Below are positions 1 through 10,735 of a stretch of 64,000 nt of DNA, one piece after another. The position numbers and the translations under genes were made by a program. The stretch spans positions 4,250,980 to 4,314,979 of the forward strand of contig OZ253470.1 of NCBI GenBank assembly GCA_965261735.1. The letters are read 5' to 3'. Numbering within the stretch: position 1 is the first letter of the stretch; the number at the start of each line of letters is the position of its first letter. The DNA is from Alphaproteobacteria bacterium. GTDB taxonomy: Bacteria; Pseudomonadota; Alphaproteobacteria; SHVV01. The notes below the pieces were generated by a model, which had not been told where the DNA came from, ran no database searches, and saw only the letters and a program-made list of their open reading frames with translations.

Positions 1-1364
1 TGCTCAAGGACAGGCGTGACCCGAACCGCATCGCCGGCGCCGTTGGCTTCGGTTTGCGCGAGCCCAAGATTTACGTCTTCACCGCCCGCGCGGTGATCTG
101 CGCGTCCGGCGGCGCGACCGACGTCTGGCGCCCGCACCGAATGAGCGAAGGCCTCGGCCGGTATTGGTACGCCGCGTTCAACTCGGGCTCGGTCTACCGG
201 CTCATGCTCGAGGCCGGGGCCGAGATGAGCCAGATGGAGCACCGCCTCATCCAGACCAGGTTCAAGGAGGGCTACGGCCCCGTGGGCATGTGGTCGCTGC
301 ATCAGCGGGCGGCGGCCGAGGGCGTGTTTGGAGACGGCGCGGGAGAGGGCGACGACGGGTGGTTGCCATACGGCGCGGCCGATCCGACCCCAACGCCGGT
401 TCGCAACTTCCAAATGATGCGAGGCATCTTCGCCGGGCGAGGTCCCTTCACCATGAGGGCCGACGAGGCGTTCCAGAGGCTCTATCGGGGCCAATCGCCG
501 GAAAGCGTTGTCGGGCTCGATGGGTGGGGCGACTTCCTCGACGGTACCACCAAGGCACAGGCGCTCGATTGGGCGGCCCAGCCCGTCGATCCCTCGGCGC
601 CGGCGGAAGAGGTCTATCTGAGCGAGCCCTATCTGCTCGGCGCCCATGCGTCCGCGTGCGGCGCCTGGGTGAGCGGACCCGAGGACATCGCGCCGCCCGA
701 ATACCGTTGGGGCTACAACCGGATGACCACGGTTGCCGGGTTGTTCACCGCCGGCGACGGGGTTGGCGGCGCGGCCCACAAGTTCTCGTCCGGCTCGTTC
801 GCCGAGGGCTCACTCGCTGGGAAAGCCATTCTCGCCTACGTTGCCGACCTGGCGGAAACGCCGGAGATCGACGACGGTGAGGTCAACCGGATCCAAGAGG
901 ATATCTGGGCGCCCTTCGCCGCCTACGAGGAGGGCCGCGGCGCCTCGTCGCGCGACGATGTCAACCCGAACTATCTCTTCCCCAAGATGGGGCTCCTGCG
1001 GCTGCAAAAGATGATGGACGAGTATGCCGGCGGCCCAGGCGCTTACTACCGGGTCAACGATCCGACGCTCGTGCGCGGGCTCGAGCTCCTTCAAACGCTC
1101 AAGGAAGACCTCGACAAGCTCGCCGCGCGCGACGTGCGCGAGCTACTGCGCTGCTGGGAGTTACGCGACCGCGTGCTGTCCGCCGAGTGCCACGTGCGCC
1201 ACGTGTTGTTCCGCAAGGAGACACGGTGGCCGGGCTACCTCTTTCGCCCCGACTACGCCAGCCTCGACGACGACAACTGGAAGGTGTTCGTCAACTCGCG
1301 CTACGACGCCGCCTCGGGCACCTGGGAGATGTCGAAGAAGCCGGTAATTGCGGTGATCGACTAA
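1..1364 (+). CDS. aprA: Adenylylsulfate (APS) reductase alpha subunit, C-terminal about 450 aa; 5' end outside the window
   Basis: The ORF runs to the window edge with no start codon. It contains the FAD-flavoprotein (SdhA/FrdA superfamily) segment ...ASGGATDVWRPH...RFKEGYGPVGMWSL..., which I recognise as the AprA-type motif (cf. RFKDGYGPVGAWF). Stop at 1362-1364. Confidence 0.7.
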   Translation, partial: LKDRRDPNRIAGAVGFGLREPKIYVFTARAVICASGGATDVWRPHRMSEGLGRYWYAAFNSGSVYRLMLEAGAEMSQMEHRLIQTRFKEGYGPVGMWSLHQRAAAEGVFGDGAGEGDDGWLPYGAADPTPTPVRNFQMMRGIFAGRGPFTMRADEAFQRLYRGQSPESVVGLDGWGDFLDGTTKAQALDWAAQPVDPSAPAEEVYLSEPYLLGAHASACGAWVSGPEDIAPPEYRWGYNRMTTVAGLFTAGDGVGGAAHKFSSGSFAEGSLAGKAILAYVADLAETPEIDDGEVNRIQEDIWAPFAAYEEGRGASSRDDVNPNYLFPKMGLLRLQKMMDEYAGGPGAYYRVNDPTLVRGLELLQTLKEDLDKLAARDVRELLRCWELRDRVLSAECHVRHVLFRKETRWPGYLFRPDYASLDDDNWKVFVNSRYDAASGTWEMSKKPVIAVID

Positions 1365-1599
1365 GGGCGCGGAAAGGGCGTCTACCCATAAGTGCAGTTT
1401 GAATCTCAGTTTGGTTGGACTTTGACCGGTAAGCTCGCGCAATAAGCGTCGGTGCCGTTCTCTTTACCCGTCTTGTACGTGCCAATTCCAGTCCTTCGGT
1501 CGTGTCCCAGGACGTGGTGTAGGAGTTGTTGGAGCCTCTGTTAGCTGTGGGTAGGCGGCTTGCCGTAGCGACCGCCGAGAGTCTGGCGTAGGCAAGCCG

Positions 1600-2950
1600 G
1601 CTATCCACAGCGGAGGCCATCGCGGTTCCGGTTTAGGGTTGGGCTAGTGCAAACCAACCTAACCCGAAGGAGAACCACGATGACCCAGGACATGATGACC
1701 CTGCGCGCGCTTTTGGAGAAGAGCTCCGATGCCGATCTGCTTTGCGAGATGATCGGCTTCACGGCCGAGCCGCTGATGGCACTGGAGGTTGAGGGCCTGA
1801 CCGGCGCCGCTCACGGCGAGCGCTCGGCGGATCGTATCACCCACCGCAACGGCGACCGCGACCGGTCCTGGGAGACGCGGGCCGGCACGGTCGAGCTGAA
1901 GATCCCGAAGCTGAGGAAGGGGAGCTACTTCCCGGGCTTCCTGGAGCCGCGGCGGATGGCCGAGAAGGCGCTGGCTGCGGTGATCCAGGAGGCCTACATC
2001 CAGGGCGTGTCGACCCGCTCGGTCGACGACCTGGTGCAGGCCATGGGCATGTCGGGCGTCTCCAAGAGCCAGGTCTCCAGGCTGTGCGGCGAGATCGACG
2101 ATAAGGTCAACGGCTTCCTCGATCGATCGCTGGAGGGCGACTGGCCCTATCTGTGGCTCGACGCAACCTATGTGAAGGTGCGCGAGGCCGGGCGCATCGT
2201 CTCGGTCGCGGTGACCGTGGCTGTGGCCGTCAACGACCAGGGCCGCCGCGAGGTCCTGGGCATGGCGATCGGCGCGTCTGAGGCCGAGGCCTTCTGGACC
2301 GAGTTCCTGCGCTCGCTGGCCCGGCGCGGGCTGCGTGGCGTGAAGCTGTTGATCTCCGACGACCACAAGGGTCTGAAGGCCGCCGCGACCCGGATCCTCG
2401 GCGCCACCTGGCAAAGATGCCGCGTGCACTTCGCCCGCAACCTGCTGGCCCATGCCGGCCGCCAGGGCCGGCGCGTCGTCTCCGCCTTCGTCGCCACCGC
2501 CTTCGCCCAGGAGGACGCCGACAGCGCGAAGGCCCAGTGGCGTCAGGTCGCCGACCAGCTCAGGCCCAAGGTGCCCAAGCTGGCAGTTCTCATGGACGAA
2601 GCCGAGCACGACGTCCTCGCCTACATGACTTTCCCCAAGGAGCACCGCCAGAAATTGCACTCCACAAACCCGATCGAACGGCTCCATGCCGAGGTCAAGC
2701 GCCGCACCAACGTCGTCGGCATCTTTCCCAACGAAGCCGCCATCACACGGCTCGTCGGCGCCATCCTTCTCGAGCAGAACGATGAGTGGGCCGTCTCAAG
2801 GAGATACATGACGCTGGAATCCATCGCTCCGCTGAGCGATGGTGTCCCCATCACGCTGCCCACCGTGGCAGCCTGAACGTCCCGGGCGGGCGCCGTAGCC
2901 CGGCCCGGGGTTCGTGGGCGTTGCCAACGCCGCCACGATCCCGCACTCAG
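1600..2950 (+). mobile_element. IS256-family insertion sequence, copy a; ends not resolved
   Basis: Transposase gene lies immediately downstream of the aprA stop. I could not identify terminal inverted repeats by eye, so the boundaries are approximate. Confidence 0.35.
1680..2876 (+). CDS. IS256-family (mutator-type) transposase
   Basis: 399-aa product with the typical IS256 Tnp layout ([14 protein letters not shown]..., DDE region ...[10 protein letters not shown]...[12 protein letters not shown]...[21 protein letters not shown]). The ATG lies 11 codons inside ORF 1647..2876. Confidence 0.85.
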   Translation: MTQDMMTLRALLEKSSDADLLCEMIGFTAEPLMALEVEGLTGAAHGERSADRITHRNGDRDRSWETRAGTVELKIPKLRKGSYFPGFLEPRRMAEKALAAVIQEAYIQGVSTRSVDDLVQAMGMSGVSKSQVSRLCGEIDDKVNGFLDRSLEGDWPYLWLDATYVKVREAGRIVSVAVTVAVAVNDQGRREVLGMAIGASEAEAFWTEFLRSLARRGLRGVKLLISDDHKGLKAAATRILGATWQRCRVHFARNLLAHAGRQGRRVVSAFVATAFAQEDADSAKAQWRQVADQLRPKVPKLAVLMDEAEHDVLAYMTFPKEHRQKLHSTNPIERLHAEVKRRTNVVGIFPNEAAITRLVGAILLEQNDEWAVSRRYMTLESIAPLSDGVPITLPTVAA

Positions 2951-3158
2951 AACTCGCGACCCTCGGGCATGATACGAAAGTCGGGGCCATCGCTGGTGCG
3001 CGTCGGCGCGGTCGACGATGCGCAGACGGCACTGGCGGTGGTCGCCAAAGGAACGTGCCGACCGCGGCGAGGTCGTCATCGGCGACTCCAAGGGCGCCGG
3101 CGAGCTCGGATGAGGCGGCCGCCCAAGGGCGCGCCGCACCGATGCGACGCGCCGTCTC

Positions 3159-4082
3159 TCAGCGGGATCGGCGCCTTTTAGGTTGCGCGTCGCGAGCTTC
3201 TGCGAGCACCGTACCCTCGATGTTGGCGTCGGTCAGGTTGGCCTGGAACAAATCCGCGTCCGAGAGGTCGGCGCCGCTCAGGTTGGCGGGCCACATCTGC
3301 GCTTTCTCCTCGCCATCCGCTCCTTTGAGCTCAACGGGTCCCAAATCCGCGTGGGACAGTTTGGCGCCCCGTAGATTGGCGTTGCTCAGGTTGCATCCCC
3401 TTAGGTCGGCATATCTGAGATCGCCACCGGTTAGGTTCGAGTCTTGAAGATTGCAAAGAACGAACTGACCCGACGAGAGGTTGGCGCCGGCCAGGCTGCA
3501 ACCGCTGAGGTCGGCGCCGCTCAGGAAGACGCCGGCGAGATCGCCGCTGGAAAAGTCCTGGCCCGCCAACTCGGCGCGGCACCCTACGGTGCCCGAAGTA
3601 TCCTCCCACAACGCATGATCGCGCAGCATGACCTGGATGTCGAAGGGCAGGCGGCCGGTATTGCGGCTCACTTCCGCTCCCTGCAGATCCACGCCATTGA
3701 GCTCAACCTCGGCGAGGATGGCGCCACGCAGGTTCGCGCCCTGCAAGCGCGCCTGGCTGAGTACGGCGCGGCGTAGGTTAGCGCCGGTTAAGTTGGCGTC
3801 CTTGAGGCGCGCCGACTCCAGGTTGGCGTCGGTCAGGTCGACGCCACGCATGTCGGCGCTGGCGAGCGACGCCTCTTTGAAGTTGGCCTTTATCATCGAC
3901 GAATTGCGCAGATTGGCATGGTTGAGTTTGGCCTTCTCGAAGTCTGATTCGTCGAGCATGGCCTCGGAGAGGTCGGCGCCGCGCGCGACGATCTCGGCGG
4001 AAAGGAGGGCACCTGCCCGCAGGTCGGCGTCGCGCAGAATGGCTCCCTTGAGCTTGGCGCCGTGCAAGCGGATACCGCGCAA
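3159..4082 (-). CDS. Pentapeptide-repeat protein; 5' end abuts an IS fragment and may be truncated
   Basis: 307 aa made almost entirely of A(D/N)LxG pentapeptide repeats (ANLSGADLSDADL...). The upstream end runs straight into an internal IS1595-A fragment at 4100. Confidence 0.7.
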   Translation of the reverse strand: MRGIRLHGAKLKGAILRDADLRAGALLSAEIVARGADLSEAMLDESDFEKAKLNHANLRNSSMIKANFKEASLASADMRGVDLTDANLESARLKDANLTGANLRRAVLSQARLQGANLRGAILAEVELNGVDLQGAEVSRNTGRLPFDIQVMLRDHALWEDTSGTVGCRAELAGQDFSSGDLAGVFLSGADLSGCSLAGANLSSGQFVLCNLQDSNLTGGDLRYADLRGCNLSNANLRGAKLSHADLGPVELKGADGEEKAQMWPANLSGADLSDADLFQANLTDANIEGTVLAEARDAQPKRRRSR

Positions 4083-4099
4083 ATCGGCGCGCGCGAAAT

Positions 4100-4285
4100 T
4101 GGCTCCGCTTGTCAGTAACGATCAGCGATCCCGGCGCGACGGTGCTCTCGACGAACCCACAGAGCGACTCGGCGCTACGGTCGAGCACGACGGCGAGCCG
4201 AACGCGTCCGGCATAGCGTCCGTCTTTCCGGTTGTCGAGCTTGGTGCCCGGCTTTCGATGACGCACCTCGATGGCACAGGAGACG
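4100..4285 (-). mobile_element. Internal fragment (about 185 bp) of IS1595-family element 'IS-A'
   Basis: Reverse-complement match to the interior of the intact IS-A copy at 35820-36924. It encodes ...VRHRKPGTKLDNRKDGRYAGRVRLAVVLDRSAESLCGFVESTVAP... with neither IS end present. Confidence 0.6.
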
Positions 4286-4434
4286 GGTATAGCGTCATTC
4301 GCGCAATATTTCTCCCCCCCTTCCGCTGTGCCGATGCTTCATGTCAGTCGGCGCGATACGTTGCCTCGGCGCGACACTTGCCGCGACCGCGCTCATCCTC
4401 AACAATGAGGACAACTCGATGGGCAGCGTGCGAC

Positions 4435-5073
4435 ATGGCGGCGCCGAGCGACACCAAGATTAACGTGCACACGGCTTTCGCGACGCCGGTGGCGACGGCG
4501 CAGCTGGCCGGGGCCGAGCACCTTAACAAGCGACTGGCGCAACTGATCCGCTCGCGCACGGACAGCCACTCGAGCACCCGGCACAGCAATCTTGGCGGCT
4601 GGCAGTCGAGCTGGGACTTCCTGGACTGGGGCGGTACCGCGGGCCGCGAGCTGTTCGATCACGTGACGTCGCTCGCGGACCGTCTCACCGCCGACCGGGA
4701 GGGCCGGCCGGTCAAGGTCAAATGGAAGATCAACGCCTGGGCCAACGTCAACGAGCTCGGCCACGGCAACGAGTTTCACACCCATCCGGGGGCCTTCTGG
4801 TCCGGCACCTACTACGTCGACGATGGCGGAATCGTCGCCGACCCCTCGCTCGGCGGCGAATTCGAGTTCCAGGATCCGCGCGGCGTGCTGCCGGCGATGT
4901 ATGCCCCACTACTGTGCATCGCCATGCCGGGCGGCGCGTCAATGGGGGCCAGCGAGACGCTGCACCCGCGCGCCGGCATGATGGTCCTGTTCCCGGCCTG
5001 GCTGTCGCACGGGGTGCGCCCCTATCACGGCACCGGCCAGCGCATCTCCGTCGCGTTCAATCTAAGCGTGTGA
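4435..5073 (+). CDS. Putative 2OG-Fe(II) oxygenase family protein (TIGR02466/PF13759-like)
   Basis: 212 aa from the in-frame ATG at 4435 inside ORF 3628..5073; upstream of that ATG the ORF is low-complexity read-through. Motifs: NEFHTHPGAFWSGTYYV ... LFPAWLSHGV. Confidence 0.55.
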   Translation: MAAPSDTKINVHTAFATPVATAQLAGAEHLNKRLAQLIRSRTDSHSSTRHSNLGGWQSSWDFLDWGGTAGRELFDHVTSLADRLTADREGRPVKVKWKINAWANVNELGHGNEFHTHPGAFWSGTYYVDDGGIVADPSLGGEFEFQDPRGVLPAMYAPLLCIAMPGGASMGASETLHPRAGMMVLFPAWLSHGVRPYHGTGQRISVAFNLSV

Positions 5074-5882
5074 GGGAAACGGTGGCGGGACGGCTTGAGG
5101 ACAAGGTCGCGATCGTCACCGGGGCCGGGTCGATCGGCCCCGGCTGGGGCAACGGCAAGGCGGTGGCGGTGCTGTTTGCCCGCGAAGGGGCCAATGTCAT
5201 GGCCCTCGACATCAATCTGGAGGCGGCGCAGGAAACCGCCGCCATCGTGGCGGCCGAGGGTGGCAGGTGCACGGCGCGGCGCACCGACGTGACGCGGGGC
5301 GACGAGGTGGCCGACGCCGTGGCCCACTGCATCGACATTCATGGCCGCATCGACGTGCTCCACAACAATGTCGGCATCGCTGAGGTCGGCGGCCCCATCA
5401 CTGCCAGCGAGGAAAGCTGGGACCGGGTCAACGCCGTCAACCTCAAGAGCATGTTCCTGACCTGTAAGCACGTGCTCCCGCACATGGTGGCACGAGGCGC
5501 GGGCACGATCGTCAACGTCGCCTCGATCGCCGGCATTCGCTGGATGGGCGTGCCCTACATCTCCTACAGCGCGACCAAGGCGGCCATCCTCGCCTTCAGC
5601 CGCTCGGTGGCGCTCGAACATGCGGGCGACGGCATCCGCTGCAACAGCATCCTGCCCGGGCTCATGGATACGCCGATGGTCGAGCACGCGCTGCGCGATT
5701 TCTACGCCGACGGCGACATTGCGCGCATGAAGGAGATTCGCGGCGCGCAATGCCCGACGGGGCGCATGGGCGACGCCTGGGACGTGGCCTTTGCCGCCCT
5801 CTACCTCGCTTCCGATGAGGCCAAGTACGTCACCGCCGCCGAGCTCGTCGTCGATGGTGGCGTCAGTGCCAAGAGCGCATGA
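5070..5882 (+). CDS. SDR-family NAD(P)-dependent oxidoreductase
   Basis: GTG at 5070 overlaps the upstream stop (GTGA). It has the TGAGSGIG-type Rossmann motif (VAIVTGAGSIGPGWG) and a YxxxK catalytic motif (YSATKAA). Confidence 0.8.
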   Translation: MRETVAGRLEDKVAIVTGAGSIGPGWGNGKAVAVLFAREGANVMALDINLEAAQETAAIVAAEGGRCTARRTDVTRGDEVADAVAHCIDIHGRIDVLHNNVGIAEVGGPITASEESWDRVNAVNLKSMFLTCKHVLPHMVARGAGTIVNVASIAGIRWMGVPYISYSATKAAILAFSRSVALEHAGDGIRCNSILPGLMDTPMVEHALRDFYADGDIARMKEIRGAQCPTGRMGDAWDVAFAALYLASDEAKYVTAAELVVDGGVSAKSA

Positions 5883-5928
5883 GCGCGTGCCGGCCCGGGG
5901 TGAAGGGTGTGGCGCCGCGGACCGGGCG

Positions 5929-7169
5929 ATGACCGCGCTGACGCGCCGGGCGCTTGCCGCGCTCGATGCCGGCGACCCGCTCGCCGGCTTTCGCCGCGCC
6001 TTCGCACTGCCCAAGGGCGTGATCTACCTCGACGGCAATTCGCTCGGGCCGCTGCCGAGAGACGCCGCGCGTCGGCTCAACGAGGTCGTGCGCCGCCAAT
6101 GGGGCGACGATCTGATCCTAAGCTGAATCGCCACCAATGGATCGATTGGCCGGCGCGAGTCGGCGACAAGATCGCGCGTTTGATCGGCGCCACTCGGGGC
6201 GAGGTCGTGGTCGCCGATTCGACGTCGATCAATCTGTTCAAGCTGCTCGCGGGGGCGCTGCGTGCGCGCCCCAAACGCTCCGTCATCCTGTCCGAGCAGG
6301 GCAACTTCCCGACCGATCTTTATGTCGCCCAGGGATTGACCGAGCTCCTTGGCGGCCGTCACGAGCTGCGGCTGGCCGCGAGCGAGGAGATTACGGCGAG
6401 CATCGACGAGGACGTTGCCGTCATCATGTTGACCCACGTCGACTACCGCTCGGGCGCCATGCACGACATGGCGGCCGTCAACGCGGCCGGCCACGCGAAG
6501 GGCGCGCTGATGCTGTGGGACCTGTCGCATAGTGCCGGTGCCGTGCCGCTCGACATGCGGGCCGCCGGCACCGATCTGGCGGTCGGTTGCGGCTACAAGT
6601 ACCTGAACGGCGGCCCCGGGGCGCCGGCCTTCCTGTTCGTCGCCGAGCGTCTGCAGGACGGGTTGCACCAGCCGATCACCGGGTGGATGGGACACGCCGA
6701 GCCCTTTGCCTTCGCGCCCGACTATCGCCCGGTCACGGGGATCTCCCGCAATCTCGTCGGTACGCCGCCGATCCTCGCGCTTGCCGCGCTCGAGACCGGC
6801 GTCGATGTCCTCTTGCGTGCCGATCCCAGCGCGCTGCGCGAGAAATCGCTCGCTCTCACCGACCTCTTCATGCGCCTCGTCGAGCAAGAATGCCCGGGCC
6901 ATGGGTTCACCATCGCAACCCCGCGCGAGACGGCAACACGCGCGAGCCAAGTGGCGCTACGCCACGACGAGGGCCTTCCCATCATGCAGGCGCTGATCGA
7001 AGCAGGCGTCATCGGTGATTTTCGCGCGCCCGACCTGCTACGGTTCGGCTTCGCACCGCTCTACAATCGCTACACCGACGTCTGGGATGCGGTGGCGGCG
7101 TTGTCCGAGATCATGCGGACGCGAGCGTGGGACAGCCCCGCCTTTCGCCGGCGCGCCGTCGTGACCTGA
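5929..7169 (+). CDS. kynU: Kynureninase, with an apparent 1-nt deletion frameshift at about 6125
   Basis: N-terminus MTALTRR...[12 protein letters not shown]...WGDDLI lies in frame 1 and stops at TGA 6124-6126. Frame 0 then continues ...[35 protein letters not shown]...[15 protein letters not shown]... to 7169. Restoring one G in AGCTG[G]AAT gives LILSWNRHQW, which matches the kynureninase consensus (LIRSWN). Confidence 0.75.
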
Positions 7170-7186
7170 GGCAAACGCAAAGAGTC

Positions 7187-8041
7187 GTGCCGAAATCCCG
7201 CAAAGCCGGCAGCACCGGCGATAGCCTTCCGGACGGCGCCCACACCGATTTCGGCGACTCGCTGAGCTACGCCGACTATCTCGGCCTCGGCTCGCTGCTG
7301 TCGAGCCAGCACCCGCTCTCGGAGCGCCACGACGAGCTCCTGTTCATCATTATCCACCAGACGACGGAGCTGTGGTTGAAGCTCGCCCTTCATGAGCTCG
7401 GGGCGGCAACGGCGTCGATTCGCGAGGACCGGCTGAAGCCCGCCTTCAAGATGCTGGCACGCTTCTCGCGCATTCAATCGCAGCTCATCCAGTCGTGGGA
7501 CGTGCTGTCGACCTTGACGCCCTCGGACTACATGACCTTTCGTCACGTTCTCGGCCGCGCCTCTGGCTTTCAGTCGCACCAATACCGGCTGATCGAGTTC
7601 GCGCTCGGCAACAAGAACCGCGCCCTGTTGGCGCCGCACCGCCACGACGCCGCCGTCCTGAGCCGCCTCGATGCGGCGCTCAACGCGCCGAGCCTCTACG
7701 ACGAGGTGATCCGCCTGCTGGCGCGGCGCGGGTTCGCACTCGCGCCCGCCTGCGTCGAGCGCGATTGGAGCGCGCCCTACGCGGCGGACGCCTCCGTCTC
7801 CGGCGCCTGGCTCGAGGTTTACCGCGATACCGCGACCCATTGGGACCTTTATGAGCTCGCCGAGGAGCTGGTCGATCTCGAGGATTGGTTCCAGCAATGG
7901 CGCTTTCGCCACGTCACCACGGTCGAGCGCATCATCGGCCACAAGCGCGGCACCGGAGGCACCGCTGGCGTGAGCTACTTGCGAAAGGCGCTGGATGTGC
8001 GCTTCTTCCCTGAATTGTGGGACGTGCGCACGGCTCTCTAG
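7187..8041 (+). CDS. kynA: Tryptophan 2,3-dioxygenase
   Basis: [18 protein letters not shown]...[19 protein letters not shown]...[20 protein letters not shown]: full-length TDO signature. Probable GTG start at 7187, with AAAGAG 4 nt upstream; it follows kynU directly. Confidence 0.8.
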   Translation: MPKSRKAGSTGDSLPDGAHTDFGDSLSYADYLGLGSLLSSQHPLSERHDELLFIIIHQTTELWLKLALHELGAATASIREDRLKPAFKMLARFSRIQSQLIQSWDVLSTLTPSDYMTFRHVLGRASGFQSHQYRLIEFALGNKNRALLAPHRHDAAVLSRLDAALNAPSLYDEVIRLLARRGFALAPACVERDWSAPYAADASVSGAWLEVYRDTATHWDLYELAEELVDLEDWFQQWRFRHVTTVERIIGHKRGTGGTAGVSYLRKALDVRFFPELWDVRTAL

Positions 8042-8067
8042 CGCGCCCAGTACCTCGGATCGGAAGT

Positions 8068-9782
8068 ATGGCCAAAGTCTACCGCCGGACGTTCGAGTGG
8101 CGCTTCGACCAGCCGCCCGAGGCGCTGTGGCCGGCGCTCGCCGATACGGCCAAGTTCAACGAGGCCGCCGGCATCCCCAAACACGCGATCGAGGAGGTGA
8201 CGCAAGCGGACGGCTCGGTGCGCTTCTTCGCCGAGGCGCGCCGGGGACCTATTCGCATTGCCTGGGAAGAGATCCCGATGGAGTGGGTCGATGGCCAATG
8301 GTTTCGCCATCTCCGCGTGTTCTCCCGGGGCCCAATCCACAGCCTGTGCGCGACGCTGCGCCTCGAGCCCGACGGCCGCGGCGGCGCCCTCGGCCACTAC
8401 GAGATCGAGGCCACGGCTGCCAACTTGCTCGGCACCCTCGCCCTGGCTACCGTTTTCTTTTGGGTCGCACGGCGCATCTTCACCGGCCTCGCCGACACCG
8501 CCGGTGACTGGGCGGCAGGGCGCCGCGAGGCACCCTTCAAGGCGCCGCCGCGGCTCTCGGCTGCGGCCCACGCCCGGCTCGACGCGATGACGGCGCGCAT
8601 CGACCGGTCCGCCAACGGCCACGGCCTCGGTGGCCGGCTGGGCGGCTGGATCGCGGCCGCGCAGGAGGTCGATCTCATGCGCATCCGGCCGGTGGCGCTG
8701 GCCCGTCAATGGGGCGAGGACGAGCGCGACGTCATCGAGATGTGCCTGCAGGCGGTCTCGGAGGGGCTGCTCGAGTTGCGCTGGGACCTGCTGTGTCCGC
8801 GCTGTCGCGGCGCCAAGCTGGTGGTCGGTGCACTCGACCAACTGCCGCGCGGCGCACACTGCGCTTCGTGCAACATCGACTACGACCGCGAGTTCACCCG
8901 CAACGTCGAGCTGACGTTTCATCCCGCGCCCGCGGTGCGCGACGTGATCGACGGCGAATTTTGTCTCTTCGGGCCGATGTCCACGCCCCACGTCAAAGTG
9001 CAGGCGACGGTCGAGCCCGGCGAGACGCTGACGCTGCCGCAGCCGCGGTCGCGGTCGCCGCGGGGGAGGTTGCAAAAGAAGGAGAGGTCGCGCTCGTCAA
9101 CGGTGAGGACCGCCGCCGCACCTTCATTATCGAGTCGCGCGAGTGGATGCGCGACGCGCTAACCGCGCATCGCGTCACCACTATGCAGGCCTTTCGCGAC
9201 CTGTTCGCGGCCGAGGCGCTTCGGCCCGGCGACGAGGCGGCCATCTCGAACGTCACGCTCATGTTCACCGACCTCAAGGGCTCGACCGAGCTCTACGAGC
9301 GGGTCGGCGATGCCGCCGCGTTCCGCCTCGTGCGCCAGCACTTCGCCTTCTTGGCCCGGGTCGTACGGGCCAACAATGGCGCGATCGTCAAGACCCTCGG
9401 CGATGCCATCATGGCCGCGTTCGCCGATCCCGCGGATGCCGTGCGCGCGGCACAGGCGATTCAAGAAGAGGTGACGGAGTTCAACGAGGCCTCGGGTGGC
9501 GAGGACATCGTCATCAAGCTCGGCCTTCACGGCGGGCCTTGCATCGCGGTGGAGCTGAACGACCGCCTCGACTATTTCGGCTCGACCGTGAACATGGCGG
9601 CGCGTCTGCAGGGCGAAAGCGTCGGCAGTGATATCGTCCTGTCCGAGGCCATCGTCAACGACCCCGCCGTCACGCACCTCCTGAGCGCCGCCGAGCTGAC
9701 GACCGAGCGCCGGTCGATCAAGGGCTTCGACGAGCCGATCACGGTGCGCCGCCTAACCGGCAAGAGCCTCCTCGGCGCGTGA
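8068..9782 (+). CDS. Zinc-ribbon (DUF5939-like) N-domain fused to a class III adenylate/guanylate cyclase; frameshift at about 9030-9100
   Basis: ATG at 8068, with GGAAG upstream. The N-domain carries 2x CxxC (LLCPRCRGA...CASCNIDYD). Frame 1 stops at 9162, and frame 0 carries the cyclase core (VTLMFTDLKGSTELYERVGD...IVKTLGDAIMAAF...GLHGGPCIAVE) to 9782. The two frames overlap in a GC-rich GCGGTCGCGGTCGCCGCGGGGG tract. Confidence 0.65.
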
Positions 9783-10714
9783 GCGAAGGTCGCTCTCCGG
9801 GGATCGTCGTCCCGCTGGTGATGCTGCTCGCCGCCGGTCTCGCCTGGGGGGCGATCTTTACCGTCAACAGGATCGCCGCCGAAGCCGGCGTACCGCCAGT
9901 CGTTTACGCGTTCTGGTCGATCCTACTGGCCGGGCTCACCATGGCGGTCGTGTCGCTCGCGGTCGAGGGGCTGCCACGCCTAGGCCCTCGCTTCCTGCTG
10001 TTCTATTTCGTCTCCGGCGTCGCCAATTTCGGCTTCGCGATCATCCTGTTCGCCTATGTGGCCGCCGAGCTGCCCGCCGGTGTGGTGACGCTGGTGATGA
10101 TGATGACGCCGACCATGACGTATGCGTTCGCCTTCGCGCTCCGAATCGAGCGGTTTCGCGTCGCGAGTTTCCTCGGGCTGCTGTTCGGCATCGGTGGCGT
10201 GCTGATGATCGTGCTCCCGGATTTCAGCCTGCCGTCGCGCGACATGGTGGTCTGGTTCCTGCTCGCCCTGTTGGGGCCGACCTCGTTTGCCGCGGGCAAC
10301 GTCTATGTGGCGATGTACCGCCCGCCCGAAGCGCCCGGATTGATGTTGACCGCGGGCCTCTGTCTCGGCGCGTGCGTCTTCATCCTGCCGGCGCTTGTCA
10401 TCGCCGGCGGCGACCTCGACCCCTTGGCCCTACGGGCCGAGGGACTCGCCGCGATGGGTCTGGCGGCGCTGATTTACATCGTCACCCTGTCACTGTTTTT
10501 CGAGATCATCCGTCGCGTCGGGCCCCTGTTCTGGAGCCAGATCGGCTACGTCGCCGTGGCCTCCGGGATTGTGTGGGGCGCTGCCGTGTTCGGCGAGCGC
10601 CTCAGCGTCGGCATCTGGCTCGGCGCGGGCCTCATGGGCGTCGGATTGGCGCTCGTCAACCGAGGCGTGCGCGATGCCGCGCGTGAAACAGCGGGCCGCG
10701 TGGGGGCGGACTAG
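9779..10714 (+). CDS. DMT-superfamily (EamA-like) transporter
   Basis: 311 aa with 10 predicted TM helices and duplicated EamA-type halves. The start overlaps the cyclase stop by 4 nt. Confidence 0.8.
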   Translation: MSEGRSPGIVVPLVMLLAAGLAWGAIFTVNRIAAEAGVPPVVYAFWSILLAGLTMAVVSLAVEGLPRLGPRFLLFYFVSGVANFGFAIILFAYVAAELPAGVVTLVMMMTPTMTYAFAFALRIERFRVASFLGLLFGIGGVLMIVLPDFSLPSRDMVVWFLLALLGPTSFAAGNVYVAMYRPPEAPGLMLTAGLCLGACVFILPALVIAGGDLDPLALRAEGLAAMGLAALIYIVTLSLFFEIIRRVGPLFWSQIGYVAVASGIVWGAAVFGERLSVGIWLGAGLMGVGLALVNRGVRDAARETAGRVGAD

Positions 10715-10735
10715 GGCGGCGATGCCGCGAGTACA

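Noticed and set aside
1659-2687. Long antisense or alternative-frame ORFs overlapping real genes (e.g. 1659..2687 -, 164..880 +, 6024..6950 -, 7070..7942 -, 8038..9075 -, 10763..11638 +, 24788..25768 +, 28123..28860 +, 33372..34508 -, 34448..35275 -, 38093..39232 +, 39866..40921 -, 55961..57286 -, 57416..59086 +)
   Set aside because: These are typical high-GC artefacts. They are Arg/Ala/Pro-rich and low-complexity, have no recognisable domains, and each lies opposite or out of frame with a gene that has clear family signatures.
3628-4434. N-terminal 270 aa of ORF 3628..5073, upstream of the oxygenase-like domain
   Set aside because: This part is Ser/Ala/Arg-rich read-through that lies antisense to the pentapeptide-repeat gene and across an IS-A fragment. 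The credible CDS starts at the ATG at 4435.
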